A model generated the notes under the pieces. It was given only the letters and a program-made list of their open reading frames with translations. It ran no database searches and had not been told where the DNA came from. Positions 18,198 through 27,762 of a stretch of 64,000 bases of DNA are shown in pieces. Made by a program: the position numbers and the translations under genes. The stretch comes from an uncultured archaeon (GTDB lineage Archaea > Thermoplasmatota > Poseidoniia > MGIII > CG-Epi1): positions 19,627-83,626 of the forward strand of contig CAZOEZ010000001.1 in NCBI GenBank assembly GCA_964578995.1, read 5' to 3'. Position 1 is the stretch's first letter, and every line of letters starts with the position of its first letter.

Positions 18198-18841
18198 TGT
18201 TCTCGCAATATCAGCGCTTATTTATAGAGTATCTCATCTTCAAAAATATGCAACTGGGGCGTGCTATGGTATTGATAATTGCCACTCTCATTGTGAGCTT
18301 GTCAATAACTGCCCCTAGTATTTCAGCCCATTCTGGCGGTATTTTTACAATTGTAATCTCGAAAAATGGAATAGCTCCAACTAATGCAAATATGATGATA
18401 AATGACACTGCAAGATGGATTGATGTAGATAGTACCGAAAATGTGACGCATAGAATTTTTGTAGATGCAAATGGAAATGGAAATTATTTTGAAGATAATG
18501 ACTGGGATTCAGGGAATTTGACTAATTCCTGTGAAACTGACGCAAATGGAACCAAAATAGATGAAGATTGTAATGCCTTTTTCGATGTACCTTTCAACTA
18601 TACTGATGCTGACGGAAAATATCCTTTCGTCGATATAGTTTCAACAGGTGAAAAAATCTATGGAAATATAACTGTTAATCCTGATGTCCATTTAACACCA
18701 GGATTCCAGAATGAAGAACCTGAAAAAGATGTGGACACCGAGACTGAACCTCAATGGCTACTTATTATCGCTGCAATTTCAGGTATGGGGGCTGTGATTT
18801 TAGGTGCCATGATTGTCTTTGGCAAAAAAAATGAAGAATAA
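18197..18841 (+). CDS. secreted, membrane-anchored hypothetical protein (N-terminal signal, C-terminal TM)
   Basis: 214 aa. The track start is TTG. A likely start lies at MQLGRAMVLII (about 18248). The N/D/G-rich ectodomain is followed by the C-terminal TM WLLIIAAISGMGAVILGAMIVFG. Confidence 0.4.
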   Translation: MFSQYQRLFIEYLIFKNMQLGRAMVLIIATLIVSLSITAPSISAHSGGIFTIVISKNGIAPTNANMMINDTARWIDVDSTENVTHRIFVDANGNGNYFEDNDWDSGNLTNSCETDANGTKIDEDCNAFFDVPFNYTDADGKYPFVDIVSTGEKIYGNITVNPDVHLTPGFQNEEPEKDVDTETEPQWLLIIAAISGMGAVILGAMIVFGKKNEE

Positions 18842-19358
18842 ATATAACCAAGACATACTGAAAGGCATTTTTCTAGGCTTAGTTTCAGTGATGATCTTAA
18901 CAAGTATTTACTATCTTAATACAAAAGAAATAGAAGAAATGGAAGAAAACCCCTACCTCAAAAGTGACATATGCTATTATGCCGTGAATGGAATTAAATC
19001 TGATTATCATTATCATTTTCAACTCAATGTAACTATTAATGAAAACAGAATTGAAATCCCTATGCACATAGGATTTGAAACGGATGAAAACGGGAATGCA
19101 ACTTTCCTACACCCAATACACACCTATGACAACAGCGGAAGAATACATGTTGAAACACCCCAAAACGCTACCGCAAAACTTGGATTCTTCTTCAATATTT
19201 GGGGAAAGGATTTTTCAAAAGATAAGATTTTAGATTACAGTGTAGATGAACAACATTCTCTTGAAATGTCTATAAATGGAAACAAAGTAGATACTTTCGA
19301 AGAAACAATACTTGAACCATATGCATTCATTGATATTGAATACTCTGAAACAAACTAA
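18813..19358 (+). CDS. hypothetical protein with an N-terminal class-III-like signal / TM
   Basis: 181 aa. A charged N-terminus (MKNKYNQDILKG) is followed by a hydrophobic stretch (IFLGLVSVMILTSIYYL). Confidence 0.4.
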   Translation: MSLAKKMKNKYNQDILKGIFLGLVSVMILTSIYYLNTKEIEEMEENPYLKSDICYYAVNGIKSDYHYHFQLNVTINENRIEIPMHIGFETDENGNATFLHPIHTYDNSGRIHVETPQNATAKLGFFFNIWGKDFSKDKILDYSVDEQHSLEMSINGNKVDTFEETILEPYAFIDIEYSETN

Positions 19359-19389
19359 AGTTTATTTCACCACCCCAACTTGCTGAAAC

Positions 19390-20853
19390 ATGTCATCTGT
19401 AATTGATGGTTTAAAACCTGAATTAGTGTGGAAGCATTTTGAAGATATAACCAAGATTCCAAGACCCTCTAAACACGAGGAAAAGATACTAGAATACTTA
19501 AAGAATTTTGCAAATAAAAGAAATTTAAAAATGAGGGAGGATTCTACAGGAAATATTGTAGTTCTCAGACCGGGTAGTAGTGGTGGAGAAAATGCACCAA
19601 TTATCATAATTCAGAGTCATGTAGACATGGTTTGTGAAAAAAATCGTGACTCCAATCATGACTTTATGAACGATCCACTCAAATTGTACATTGAAGATGG
19701 ATGGCTCAAAGCGGAAGGTACTACTCTTGGAGCTGATAATGGAATAGGTGTTGCAGCTGCTATGGCACTCTTAGATATGCCTGACACTGTAGAATTACCC
19801 CCCTTAGAATGTCTCTTTACAGTAGATGAAGAAACAGGATTAACTGGTGCTTTTGCACTTAGTGGAGAAATAATTAAAGGAAGAACCATGCTAAATCTTG
19901 ACACCGAAGACTGGGGTGAAATCTGCATTGGTTGTGCAGGTGGTGGCGATTCAAGTATAGATCTCCCCATAGAATACCAAAAGGCGCCATCCGATTTTCT
20001 CTCTTTCCAATTATCTATCGAAGGACTACAGGGTGGACACTCGGGTGTTGAGATACACGAAGAAAGAGGAAACGCTGTAGTTTTCCTGTCCTCGGTATTA
20101 AGTGCGCTCCAAGGCACAGACTACCGCCTTGTATCTATTCAAGGTGGTGACAAACACAATGCAATACCAAGAGAAGCATTTGCCACAATATTAATTAGTC
20201 CAGAAGCTGTATCTGAAGCACAAACAATTGTATCAAACAGAGAAAAGTCATTACAGAAAGAATTTGGAACTGTGGAAAAGAACATGAAAGTAATCTTGTC
20301 AGGACTAGAAGATTCTCCTGATAAAAGTCTAAAATCTGAAAGTCAAAACCGAATTATAGGGTTACTACGAACATTACCTCATGGAGTACTCAAATATTCA
20401 CATGATGTTGAAGACTTAGTTGAAACATCGAATAACTTAGCCTCAGTAAAAAACAACGGAGGGGAAATAAATGTTATTTGTTCAACACGATCCTCAATTT
20501 CTGATGCACTAGAATCACAAAGAGAAAGAATCGCAATCATGTCGAATGCTTATGGTGCTAAAATAGAACAAGATGAAGCCTATCCTGGATGGGCACCTAA
20601 TGTCAATTCTCCAATACTAGAAACAACCACAAAAGTTTACTCAGAGATATTAGGAGGAAAACCAAATATCTGTGCCATTCATGCCGGTTTAGAATGTGGC
20701 GTTATTGGAGAAAAAGTAGATGGAATGGATATGATTTCTTTTGGTCCAACAATAAAAGGACCACACTCGCCTGATGAAAGAGTTGAGATATCTTCTGTAG
20801 AAAAATTCTGGGACCTACTATTGAAAATATTGAAAGAGCTTTCAAAGAAGTGA
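19390..20853 (+). CDS. pepD: aminoacyl-histidine dipeptidase PepD (M20 family)
   Basis: 487 aa with PepD motifs IIIQSHVDMVCEKN, LGADNGIGVAAAMALLD and FTVDEETGLTGA. Confidence 0.85.
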   Translation: MSSVIDGLKPELVWKHFEDITKIPRPSKHEEKILEYLKNFANKRNLKMREDSTGNIVVLRPGSSGGENAPIIIIQSHVDMVCEKNRDSNHDFMNDPLKLYIEDGWLKAEGTTLGADNGIGVAAAMALLDMPDTVELPPLECLFTVDEETGLTGAFALSGEIIKGRTMLNLDTEDWGEICIGCAGGGDSSIDLPIEYQKAPSDFLSFQLSIEGLQGGHSGVEIHEERGNAVVFLSSVLSALQGTDYRLVSIQGGDKHNAIPREAFATILISPEAVSEAQTIVSNREKSLQKEFGTVEKNMKVILSGLEDSPDKSLKSESQNRIIGLLRTLPHGVLKYSHDVEDLVETSNNLASVKNNGGEINVICSTRSSISDALESQRERIAIMSNAYGAKIEQDEAYPGWAPNVNSPILETTTKVYSEILGGKPNICAIHAGLECGVIGEKVDGMDMISFGPTIKGPHSPDERVEISSVEKFWDLLLKILKELSKK

Positions 20854-20857
20854 AAAT

Positions 20858-21499
20858 TTGATTCAAAAACTTCAGAAAAGATTAGATGGAAAACTACCCG
20901 GAATTGAGTCATGGAACAGAATGGCTGTAAAATCTAGAAAGGGTGAAAATATAGAAAGTGAAAGCCTGCAAAAGTACAGTGACTGGATTTCAAAAGACAA
21001 ACTAAGTAATATGAAAAAAGCCGCTGTTCTAATCGGGCTTTTCAAAAAAAATGATGATTGGTGCTTCTCTCTAATTCGGCGACCGATGAATGAAAAGAAC
21101 CACCCTGGGCAAATAGCACTTCCGGGCGGTGCCATGGAAAAAAATGAGACTCTTATGAATACTGCATTAAGAGAAGCATTTGAAGAAGTTGGGATAAAGC
21201 CAGAGGATGTTGAAATAATAGGACAACTAACTCCAATACCAGTTCCTGTATCAGAATACTTGATTTATCCATTTGTAGGAGTAATTGATTATGAACCTGA
21301 ATGGGTACTTAATGAAGACGAAGTTGAAGAATTATTTATACTGGAAATGTCTGAATTAATTAATTCAGATAATGGATACACTGAAATGTGGAATTTGAGA
21401 GGAAATAAAGTAGAAGTTCCTATTTTCAAAGTTATGAATGAAACTGTATGGGGAGCCACGGCCGCAGTATTAAGTGAATTAATTGATGTTGCAAAATAG
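20858..21499 (+). CDS. Nudix hydrolase (CoA pyrophosphatase-like)
   Basis: 213 aa with the Nudix box LPGGAMEKNETLMNTALREAFEEVGI. The track start is TTG, so the start is uncertain. Confidence 0.7.
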   Translation: MIQKLQKRLDGKLPGIESWNRMAVKSRKGENIESESLQKYSDWISKDKLSNMKKAAVLIGLFKKNDDWCFSLIRRPMNEKNHPGQIALPGGAMEKNETLMNTALREAFEEVGIKPEDVEIIGQLTPIPVPVSEYLIYPFVGVIDYEPEWVLNEDEVEELFILEMSELINSDNGYTEMWNLRGNKVEVPIFKVMNETVWGATAAVLSELIDVAK

Positions 21500-21506
21500 T
21501 GTTTAT

Positions 21507-22424
21507 TTAACTGAAAATTGAATTTATTGGTTCTACCAAATAAACCGAGAATAAGTCACCAAACAAAGCAGAAACAAAAAAAGCCAAAGTTAAAGGAATA
21601 ATATAGGGAATTTTGAAGGTTATCCACGGGTTGGTAATTCCTTTCCCCTCTAATTTGTCCCATTCAGATTCTGAATCGGATTTGTGTTTAACAAAAGCCA
21701 CCATAACTACCTTCTCTCCTATAACTTGTTGCATTGGCCAGACAAAACTCTCCCGGGCAGATTTAAGAGGCATCTTAGTCCCAAAGAATATTTGAAAATA
21801 TGGTTTTTCGATATTTCCCCTAACCATATTGTAAAGTGCTAGACCGATTGGAATAAGCAAATAAAGTAAGAGAGAATTCATAAATATCACAAAAGGATAT
21901 GGAAAACCTCGTGTTTCAAAAGCCATCATAGGATCTCCATTTATTGAAATTGTAAAAGGTGCTACTAAACCAATAGTCATTATTGCCTTAACATCTGCAC
22001 CACCAATAGTTGGACCAAGATAGTACCAGACATACATCAGGATTATCAAAATAGAGATTGATAAAATATCAATTAATTTGTAATTTTCGCTAGATATTTC
22101 TTCTGAATCGACTGTTAGCAAAAAATATAATGCTGATAAGATTGCTAGAACTTGAAACACCCTCCAGAGCATAGCCTGATTGTCCTCTAAGACATATTCA
22201 TCAATGAATGCATTGTAGAACAACACAAATGTTGCGAAAAGTAAAGCCCAAACATGATATCCCCAATCTTGTGTAGACAAATCATAAATTAATAAGACTG
22301 AAGCAATACTACCTGAAATAAGCCAAACCTCGTTAGGGACTCTACGCGTCTTCAAATCTGTCCAAGAGCCATAACAAAGCATGGCAGAACCCAAAGAGAA
22401 GCGAAGCAAGTCAAGCATTTCCAT
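21507..22424 (-). CDS. A24-family prepilin / preflagellin peptidase-like membrane protein (PibD/FlaK-like)
   Basis: 305 aa and polytopic. The first catalytic Asp sits in WTDLKTRRVPNEVW. The second sits in the GGADVK motif, equivalent to GxGD. Confidence 0.55.
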   Translation of the reverse strand: MEMLDLLRFSLGSAMLCYGSWTDLKTRRVPNEVWLISGSIASVLLIYDLSTQDWGYHVWALLFATFVLFYNAFIDEYVLEDNQAMLWRVFQVLAILSALYFLLTVDSEEISSENYKLIDILSISILIILMYVWYYLGPTIGGADVKAIMTIGLVAPFTISINGDPMMAFETRGFPYPFVIFMNSLLLYLLIPIGLALYNMVRGNIEKPYFQIFFGTKMPLKSARESFVWPMQQVIGEKVVMVAFVKHKSDSESEWDKLEGKGITNPWITFKIPYIIPLTLAFFVSALFGDLFSVYLVEPINSIFS

Positions 22425-22515
22425 ATCTACGCCATAATGAGGGCTATTAATTTATCTTCTTTCAAAATTCTTTTTGGAAAAGTATTATAATAAATCCAGT
22501 TAAACACTTTTTAAT

Positions 22516-23631
22516 ATGGATGAGAAAAATTCAGTATTGACCTCTGAAATGGAAAGTGATATACCTATGTTCAAAGGCTTCTGGATAAGAGGTTTGGCTG
22601 CATTAATTGATTATCTTCTAATATCTTTTGGTACTCTTATTATTTTCTTAATTGTTGTGCTGTTTTTTGGCCAAATATTAGGTGTAGAGGGCTACATTAT
22701 AGGATTTTTATTAGCATGGCTTCTAGTGGTAGCAATAGGTATTGGTTACAAACCAGGCATGGAAGCCTCATCATTTCAGGGTACATTCGGGAAATATTTT
22801 CTTGGAATGAAAATAGTTAATAGAGAAGGTCATCGAATTACGCTTAAAGATGCGATTATTCGTTTTGTTGTATTTATTGTGAGTAGTGGTACCCACGTAC
22901 TTTTCTTAGGATCAATAATGATTGGATTTGATGAAAAGAAACAAGGGCTACATGATATGGTGGCAGACACATATGTAATCTCCAAACATCATTATGGCCC
23001 TGTAAATTTAGAAGGTAAAAGTATATTTGAAAAATTGAATAAAACTTATGTCTCAATAGGTGCTGCCTTTTTCCTAATTGTAGGTGTTTTATTATCGAAT
23101 TATGGAACAAGCATGATAGTTGAATCATTTGAACATCTAGAAGAGGCATCGGATGAAGAGTTTGACTGGAGGGGGGCTGATTCAACAAGTACTAATAAAA
23201 TGTCAATTAAAACACATGAGTGGATGGGGTATGAGGTTTTCATAAAAGGAAATGTTACTGATGAAGGTGAAGTAGCTGATGAAGATTGTGAAAAGGCTAG
23301 AAATTTTGTTCTTGAATCACCAGACAAAGAAAATGTTTTCAGCGTAAACTGTGATGATGCTGGTGAAAGAACAAATGAAGGATATGTAAAGATTGGAGAT
23401 TTTTGTGATTCTCAATCATGCAGTGATGGTACCTATACTTGGGACACGGATAACAACATGGTTTACGTTTATGATTCAGGAGAAGGTGTCTATCACTTGA
23501 TACAATTTAGCTACTTGATAAATATAGGGATAACTATTATTGGTTTTTCTGTAGGATTTCTATTAACCGGCATAGTCCTGTTTATTCTAATTTTCTTCAT
23601 AAAACCAAAAGAAAAAGGCGAAACAAGTTAA
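22516..23631 (+). CDS. RDD-family membrane protein with a Cys-rich extracytoplasmic domain
   Basis: 371 aa. The N-terminal RDD domain (RGLAALIDYLL, HDMVADTYV) is followed by a Cys-rich region and a C-terminal TM. Confidence 0.55.
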   Translation: MDEKNSVLTSEMESDIPMFKGFWIRGLAALIDYLLISFGTLIIFLIVVLFFGQILGVEGYIIGFLLAWLLVVAIGIGYKPGMEASSFQGTFGKYFLGMKIVNREGHRITLKDAIIRFVVFIVSSGTHVLFLGSIMIGFDEKKQGLHDMVADTYVISKHHYGPVNLEGKSIFEKLNKTYVSIGAAFFLIVGVLLSNYGTSMIVESFEHLEEASDEEFDWRGADSTSTNKMSIKTHEWMGYEVFIKGNVTDEGEVADEDCEKARNFVLESPDKENVFSVNCDDAGERTNEGYVKIGDFCDSQSCSDGTYTWDTDNNMVYVYDSGEGVYHLIQFSYLINIGITIIGFSVGFLLTGIVLFILIFFIKPKEKGETS

Positions 23632-23657
23632 TTATACATCTATCCTAACCTAAAACA

Positions 23658-25334
23658 GTGGACATAACAGATAAATTCTTGCCAAATGAGAAATTTCTCA
23701 AGAAATACGACGATATTACAATCGATGGAAAATCTGGATTCTCTGTTGTTGTGACTAATCTACGCATTTTCATGGCGAACAAATATGAAATGTGGGATAT
23801 TCAAACGGATAAGATAGATTATCTTGGTAGGGCCTTCATTCCAAGATTCGCATGGTGGTGGCAAGTTCTATTCATCCCCATGGCGATGATTATGGTTGGG
23901 AATCCTGCAATATTCGGATTGTTTATGCTTTTATCTGTTGCAAGACAATACATAAGAGTTGAAGCATTAATTATTGGAATCTATTCAAAAGAATGGAAAA
24001 TAAGTAAGGATAAAGAAACTCTAGATTTAATGTCCGACAATATTAGAGCAAATTCAATTGTTGGATTAAAGAGGAGCGATGGTAAACAAATATTAGATGC
24101 AGACAATGTTAGTGGAGAAGAAATAATAGGTTTAGAAGTAACACTTGTAGGTGAAAATGAATCGCGAGCATTGAAATTAGCATGGGTGCTTGCAATTGTA
24201 TCTTTTTTGTTTTATTACCTAGGATCATTTGGTATTAGAAGCGAATTTTGGACATTCTTGTTTGCAGCAGCCGCATTTGGATTCTTTGTGCTACATCGAG
24301 ACAAAAGAAAAACCAATGAATTTCGAAATGTTAAAGCAAAACCTGGTTGGACCTTACAAGCATGGTGTTTTATTCTAGATTTTATGAATATCAGGTTCAT
24401 AGAAGCTAACTGGTCTTTCAAAATATTTGATACGAAAATAGAGGCAAGAAGACTAGGCTATCAGCTATGTTGTGCATCCTTATTCATCGGACTATTATTC
24501 ACTCATACACAAGCGAGTATGATTCCTCTTCTACAAAGTATATGTGTAGGAGTACCACTATATTGTACTGGGAGAGTTCTAGCAGGAATACCTCGACATG
24601 AGTGGCGAATGGTTGTTAGAACCGCAGGGGCTGCTTTTGTGGCATTGGTTATTGTTTGGCCATGTTTAGCCCTTATACCTCTGTACGAAACTGCTGCAGT
24701 TAAAATACCAAAATCATATATTCAAGGAGACTCGGGAAATGGTTGGAAAAGCGTAATGAATGAATATGATGTATATGGACTGGGTTTAGCTTCAACCACT
24801 TTCGTGCTTTATGCAGATGACGGCATGGATGAAGAAGAAAATCAAGATGGGTTCCCCGCATTGTTGTTCATAATTGCCATAAAAGTACCTATAAATCTTG
24901 AAGAGAGGGACATGCTTGATGTTCTAGATGAACAATTCAAAGAAATGGCAATTGAACAAGAAATTGACCTTGATTCCGAAATTGATAAAGGAAGTAGACT
25001 CACTAAACAAGGATACAATACACAATATTCTATATACAATGGCACTGCCAAAACAGATGAAATAGGATTTGGTGGTTATAATAGAAGTGTGACCGAAGGA
25101 TCAGAGAGTAGATACATTGGTGAAGTATGGAAAGCTCCGGAGTATGATTTAATTGTAGTTGCTATGGGAATTGCTGTAATATCTGAAGAGGAACTCAATG
25201 ATCAAACCGGAATTGGAATCATTGATGAAGTAATAGATATCATACCAAATAATCCAAACGATACTACAGACACAAAGAATTGGTTAGAACTGCTCGAACT
25301 TATACCTGAAGCAGTTTGTTATGATACAACTTAA
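23658..25334 (+). CDS. polytopic membrane protein with an N-terminal bacterial-PH (bPH/YdbT-like) domain
   Basis: 558 aa. The N-terminus DGKSGFSVVVTNLRIFMANKYEMWDIQTDKIDYL fits a bPH/GRAM-like fold. Many TM helices follow. Confidence 0.45.
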   Translation: MDITDKFLPNEKFLKKYDDITIDGKSGFSVVVTNLRIFMANKYEMWDIQTDKIDYLGRAFIPRFAWWWQVLFIPMAMIMVGNPAIFGLFMLLSVARQYIRVEALIIGIYSKEWKISKDKETLDLMSDNIRANSIVGLKRSDGKQILDADNVSGEEIIGLEVTLVGENESRALKLAWVLAIVSFLFYYLGSFGIRSEFWTFLFAAAAFGFFVLHRDKRKTNEFRNVKAKPGWTLQAWCFILDFMNIRFIEANWSFKIFDTKIEARRLGYQLCCASLFIGLLFTHTQASMIPLLQSICVGVPLYCTGRVLAGIPRHEWRMVVRTAGAAFVALVIVWPCLALIPLYETAAVKIPKSYIQGDSGNGWKSVMNEYDVYGLGLASTTFVLYADDGMDEEENQDGFPALLFIIAIKVPINLEERDMLDVLDEQFKEMAIEQEIDLDSEIDKGSRLTKQGYNTQYSIYNGTAKTDEIGFGGYNRSVTEGSESRYIGEVWKAPEYDLIVVAMGIAVISEEELNDQTGIGIIDEVIDIIPNNPNDTTDTKNWLELLELIPEAVCYDTT

Positions 25335-25498
25335 TTGTTTTTGCCAGATGCAGTCGATATCAAGGGGAATGAAACGTAGTCGCCTTCCCAACGAACTTCA
25401 GCATCTTCATCAATTAAACCGGCATCAGCTAGTTTACCCATCACAATTTCAGCATGCTCCTTAGGAACGCGCATATATTTTTTTTCTTCATCGCTCAT
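25331..25498 (-). CDS. small conserved-looking protein (55 aa), similar to the N-terminal domain of Trm5/TYW2
   Basis: Not in the ORF track because it is under 60 aa. Sequence: MSDEEKKYMRVPKEHAEIVMGKLADAGLIDEDAEVRWEGDYVSFPLISTASGKNN. The ATG lies 2 nt after the ALDH7 stop on the same strand. Confidence 0.35.
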   Translation of the reverse strand: MSDEEKKYMRVPKEHAEIVMGKLADAGLIDEDAEVRWEGDYVSFPLISTASGKNN

Positions 25499-25500
25499 AA

Positions 25501-27012
25501 TTAACCGAATTTTATGCCCTGTGCTAATGGCAATTCATCCGACCAATTAAGTGTATTGGTCTGTCTTCTCATATAAACCTTCCATGAATCTGAGCCGGCT
25601 TCTCGTCCACCACCTGTATCTTTTTCACCGCCAAAAGCACCACCTATCTCTGCTCCACTAGTACCAATATTAACATTAGCTATTCCACAATCACTTCCAG
25701 CATGTGATAGAAAATTTTCGACAGATTGCATGTCCCTCGTGAAAATAGATGACGATAAACCTTGATCTACTGAATTATGCATATTTATTGCCTCATCAAT
25801 AGTTTCAAATTCAAACAAATAAAGTATTGGTGCAAATGTTTCTTCTCTTGCAATTTCCATTTCCTTGTGTGCCTTCACAATGGTAGGTTCTACAAAGAAA
25901 CCAGAAACATCTATAGTTACACCTCCACAAAGTATTTCTCCCTTTTCTTTTTTAATAGTGTCCAAGGCATCAACAAAGTCATTAACTGCATTATTGTCAA
26001 CTAGTGGACCCATAACTGTCTTTGAATCCAAGGGATCTCCTATTTTTACTTGGGAATAGGCCTTGACTAAACGCTCAGTAATATCTTTTGCAATGCTCTT
26101 ATGCAAAAATAAACGCCTTGTAGTCGTACATCTTTGTCCAGTAGTACCTACAGCTCCAAAGACTACTGCACGCAGGACCAACTCTGGATCTGCATCAGGC
26201 ATTACAATTATCCCATTATTCCCACCTAATTCTAGTAAAGAACGCCCTAATCTTTTGGAAACAGCCTCTCCTATCTTACGACCCATGTTACAAGAACCTG
26301 TAGCTGAAACAAGAGGGACTCTACGGTCATGGATTAACATTTCTCCGACATCTCTGCTTGAACCAACTAACAAAGACATAACACCACTCCATCCCAACGG
26401 CTCCATTACACGATTGACTATTTTCTGAATCGCAAATGCTGTAAGTGGGGTTTTTGAGGAAGGTTTCCAAACCATAACATCTCCACACACTGCTGCAATC
26501 ATTGCATTCCATGCCCATACAGCACCTGGAAAGTTGAAGGCTGTAACAATACCTACAACGCCTAAAGGATGCCATTGCTCATACATCCTATGATTGGGGC
26601 GTTCAGAATGCATCGTTTTACCGTAAAGTTGCCGGCTAAGTCCAACTGCATAATCTGCAATATCAATCATTTCCTGAACTTCGCCTTCCCCTTCTGCTTG
26701 GATTTTACCCATTTCCCATGATATTAATTTGCCTAACGCTACCTTATGCTCGCGAAATTCATTAGCCAACAATCTGACTACTTCTCCACGCTTAGGGGCT
26801 GGTTCCATCCTCCATTTTTTGAATACGCGTGTAGTATCCTGCATTATCTTTTCATAATCTCCAGAATCGCACTGTTTGATGCTAGCAATTACGCTACCAT
26901 CTGCTGGCGTTACTGATTTCAGTTCACTTCCCGAACCTAACCATTCTGTTGAAAATCCACCTAAATTAAGGTCATCAATACCTAGCTCACTGAGAAAATC
27001 AAGCTTACTCAT
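25501..27012 (-). CDS. ALDH7-family aldehyde dehydrogenase (alpha-aminoadipic semialdehyde / piperideine-6-carboxylate dehydrogenase-like)
   Basis: Collinear with ALDH7A1. Matching segments: ELGGNNGIIVMPDAD, FGAVGTTGQRCTTTRRLFLH, ETFAPILYLFEF and SGAEIGGAFGGEKDTGGGREAGSDSWKVYMRRQT. The start is set at MSKLDFLSELGI. The track ORF extends to 27054. Confidence 0.85.
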   Translation of the reverse strand: MSKLDFLSELGIDDLNLGGFSTEWLGSGSELKSVTPADGSVIASIKQCDSGDYEKIMQDTTRVFKKWRMEPAPKRGEVVRLLANEFREHKVALGKLISWEMGKIQAEGEGEVQEMIDIADYAVGLSRQLYGKTMHSERPNHRMYEQWHPLGVVGIVTAFNFPGAVWAWNAMIAAVCGDVMVWKPSSKTPLTAFAIQKIVNRVMEPLGWSGVMSLLVGSSRDVGEMLIHDRRVPLVSATGSCNMGRKIGEAVSKRLGRSLLELGGNNGIIVMPDADPELVLRAVVFGAVGTTGQRCTTTRRLFLHKSIAKDITERLVKAYSQVKIGDPLDSKTVMGPLVDNNAVNDFVDALDTIKKEKGEILCGGVTIDVSGFFVEPTIVKAHKEMEIAREETFAPILYLFEFETIDEAINMHNSVDQGLSSSIFTRDMQSVENFLSHAGSDCGIANVNIGTSGAEIGGAFGGEKDTGGGREAGSDSWKVYMRRQTNTLNWSDELPLAQGIKFG

Positions 27013-27090
27013 ACAACCCTTATTTAATGGCAAAATAAAGAGCTTAGCATGCACTGTTCATTTTTAATCGGACCCTTAATTCAGAGTACA

Positions 27091-27762
27091 ATGTCGGAAG
27101 CGAGACCTGAACTTCAAGGATACGACCAAGAACAAATTGAAATGATGAAGGAAGCTTGTATCCTTGTGGATGAAGAAGACAACATACTGGGAAAAGATAC
27201 TAAAATTAATTGTCATCTAGGTGAAGGAAAACTTCATCGAGCGTTTAGCATTCTTTTATTCAATAATTCTGGTAAATTATTAATTCAGAAAAGAGCTTCA
27301 GAGAAAATAACATTCCCCTCTATTTGGGCAAACAGTTGTTGTAGCCACCCTCTCCATATTGATTCAGAAGTAAATGGAATTGATGGTGCTAAGACAGCTG
27401 CTAAAAGAAAGATGGAACAAGAGTTAGGTATTGAATCTGAACAAATAAAACTAGAAGAGCTTAAGTACATTACTAAAATGGTGTACAAAGCCAGAGCAGA
27501 TGAAAAGTGGGTTGAACATGAAATAGATTATATCTTTGCAATAAAATGTGATCTTGATATTAACCCGAATAAAATTGAGATTGAAGAAACAAAATACGTC
27601 AACTTAGAAGAATTGGAGACTTTATTTAGTGACAAAGAGGCCAAAATAGGCCCTTGGTTCAGATTAATAAAGGAAAACTTTTTGAATGACATTTGGAAGG
27701 CTTTGGATAACTTAGGTGAAATAGGCGACAATAAAATACACCATATGGGAAATTGTGAATGA
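27091..27762 (+). CDS. idi: isopentenyl-diphosphate delta-isomerase, type 1 (Nudix fold, eukaryote-like)
   Basis: Collinear with IDI1. Matching segments: CILVDEEDN, HRAFSILLFNNSGKLLIQKRASEKITFP, NSCCSHP, WVEHEIDYIF and PWF. The start is set at MSEARPE. The track ORF starts at 27049. Confidence 0.85.
   Translation: MSEARPELQGYDQEQIEMMKEACILVDEEDNILGKDTKINCHLGEGKLHRAFSILLFNNSGKLLIQKRASEKITFPSIWANSCCSHPLHIDSEVNGIDGAKTAAKRKMEQELGIESEQIKLEELKYITKMVYKARADEKWVEHEIDYIFAIKCDLDINPNKIEIEETKYVNLEELETLFSDKEAKIGPWFRLIKENFLNDIWKALDNLGEIGDNKIHHMGNCE

Noticed and set aside
18197-19358. Possibility that ORFs 18197-18841 and 18813-19358 are one frameshifted gene (pseudogene)
   Set aside because: Each has its own N-terminal hydrophobic signal and a plausible domain organisation. 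The 29-nt overlap is in different frames but typical of coupled small genes, and there is no homology continuity across the junction.
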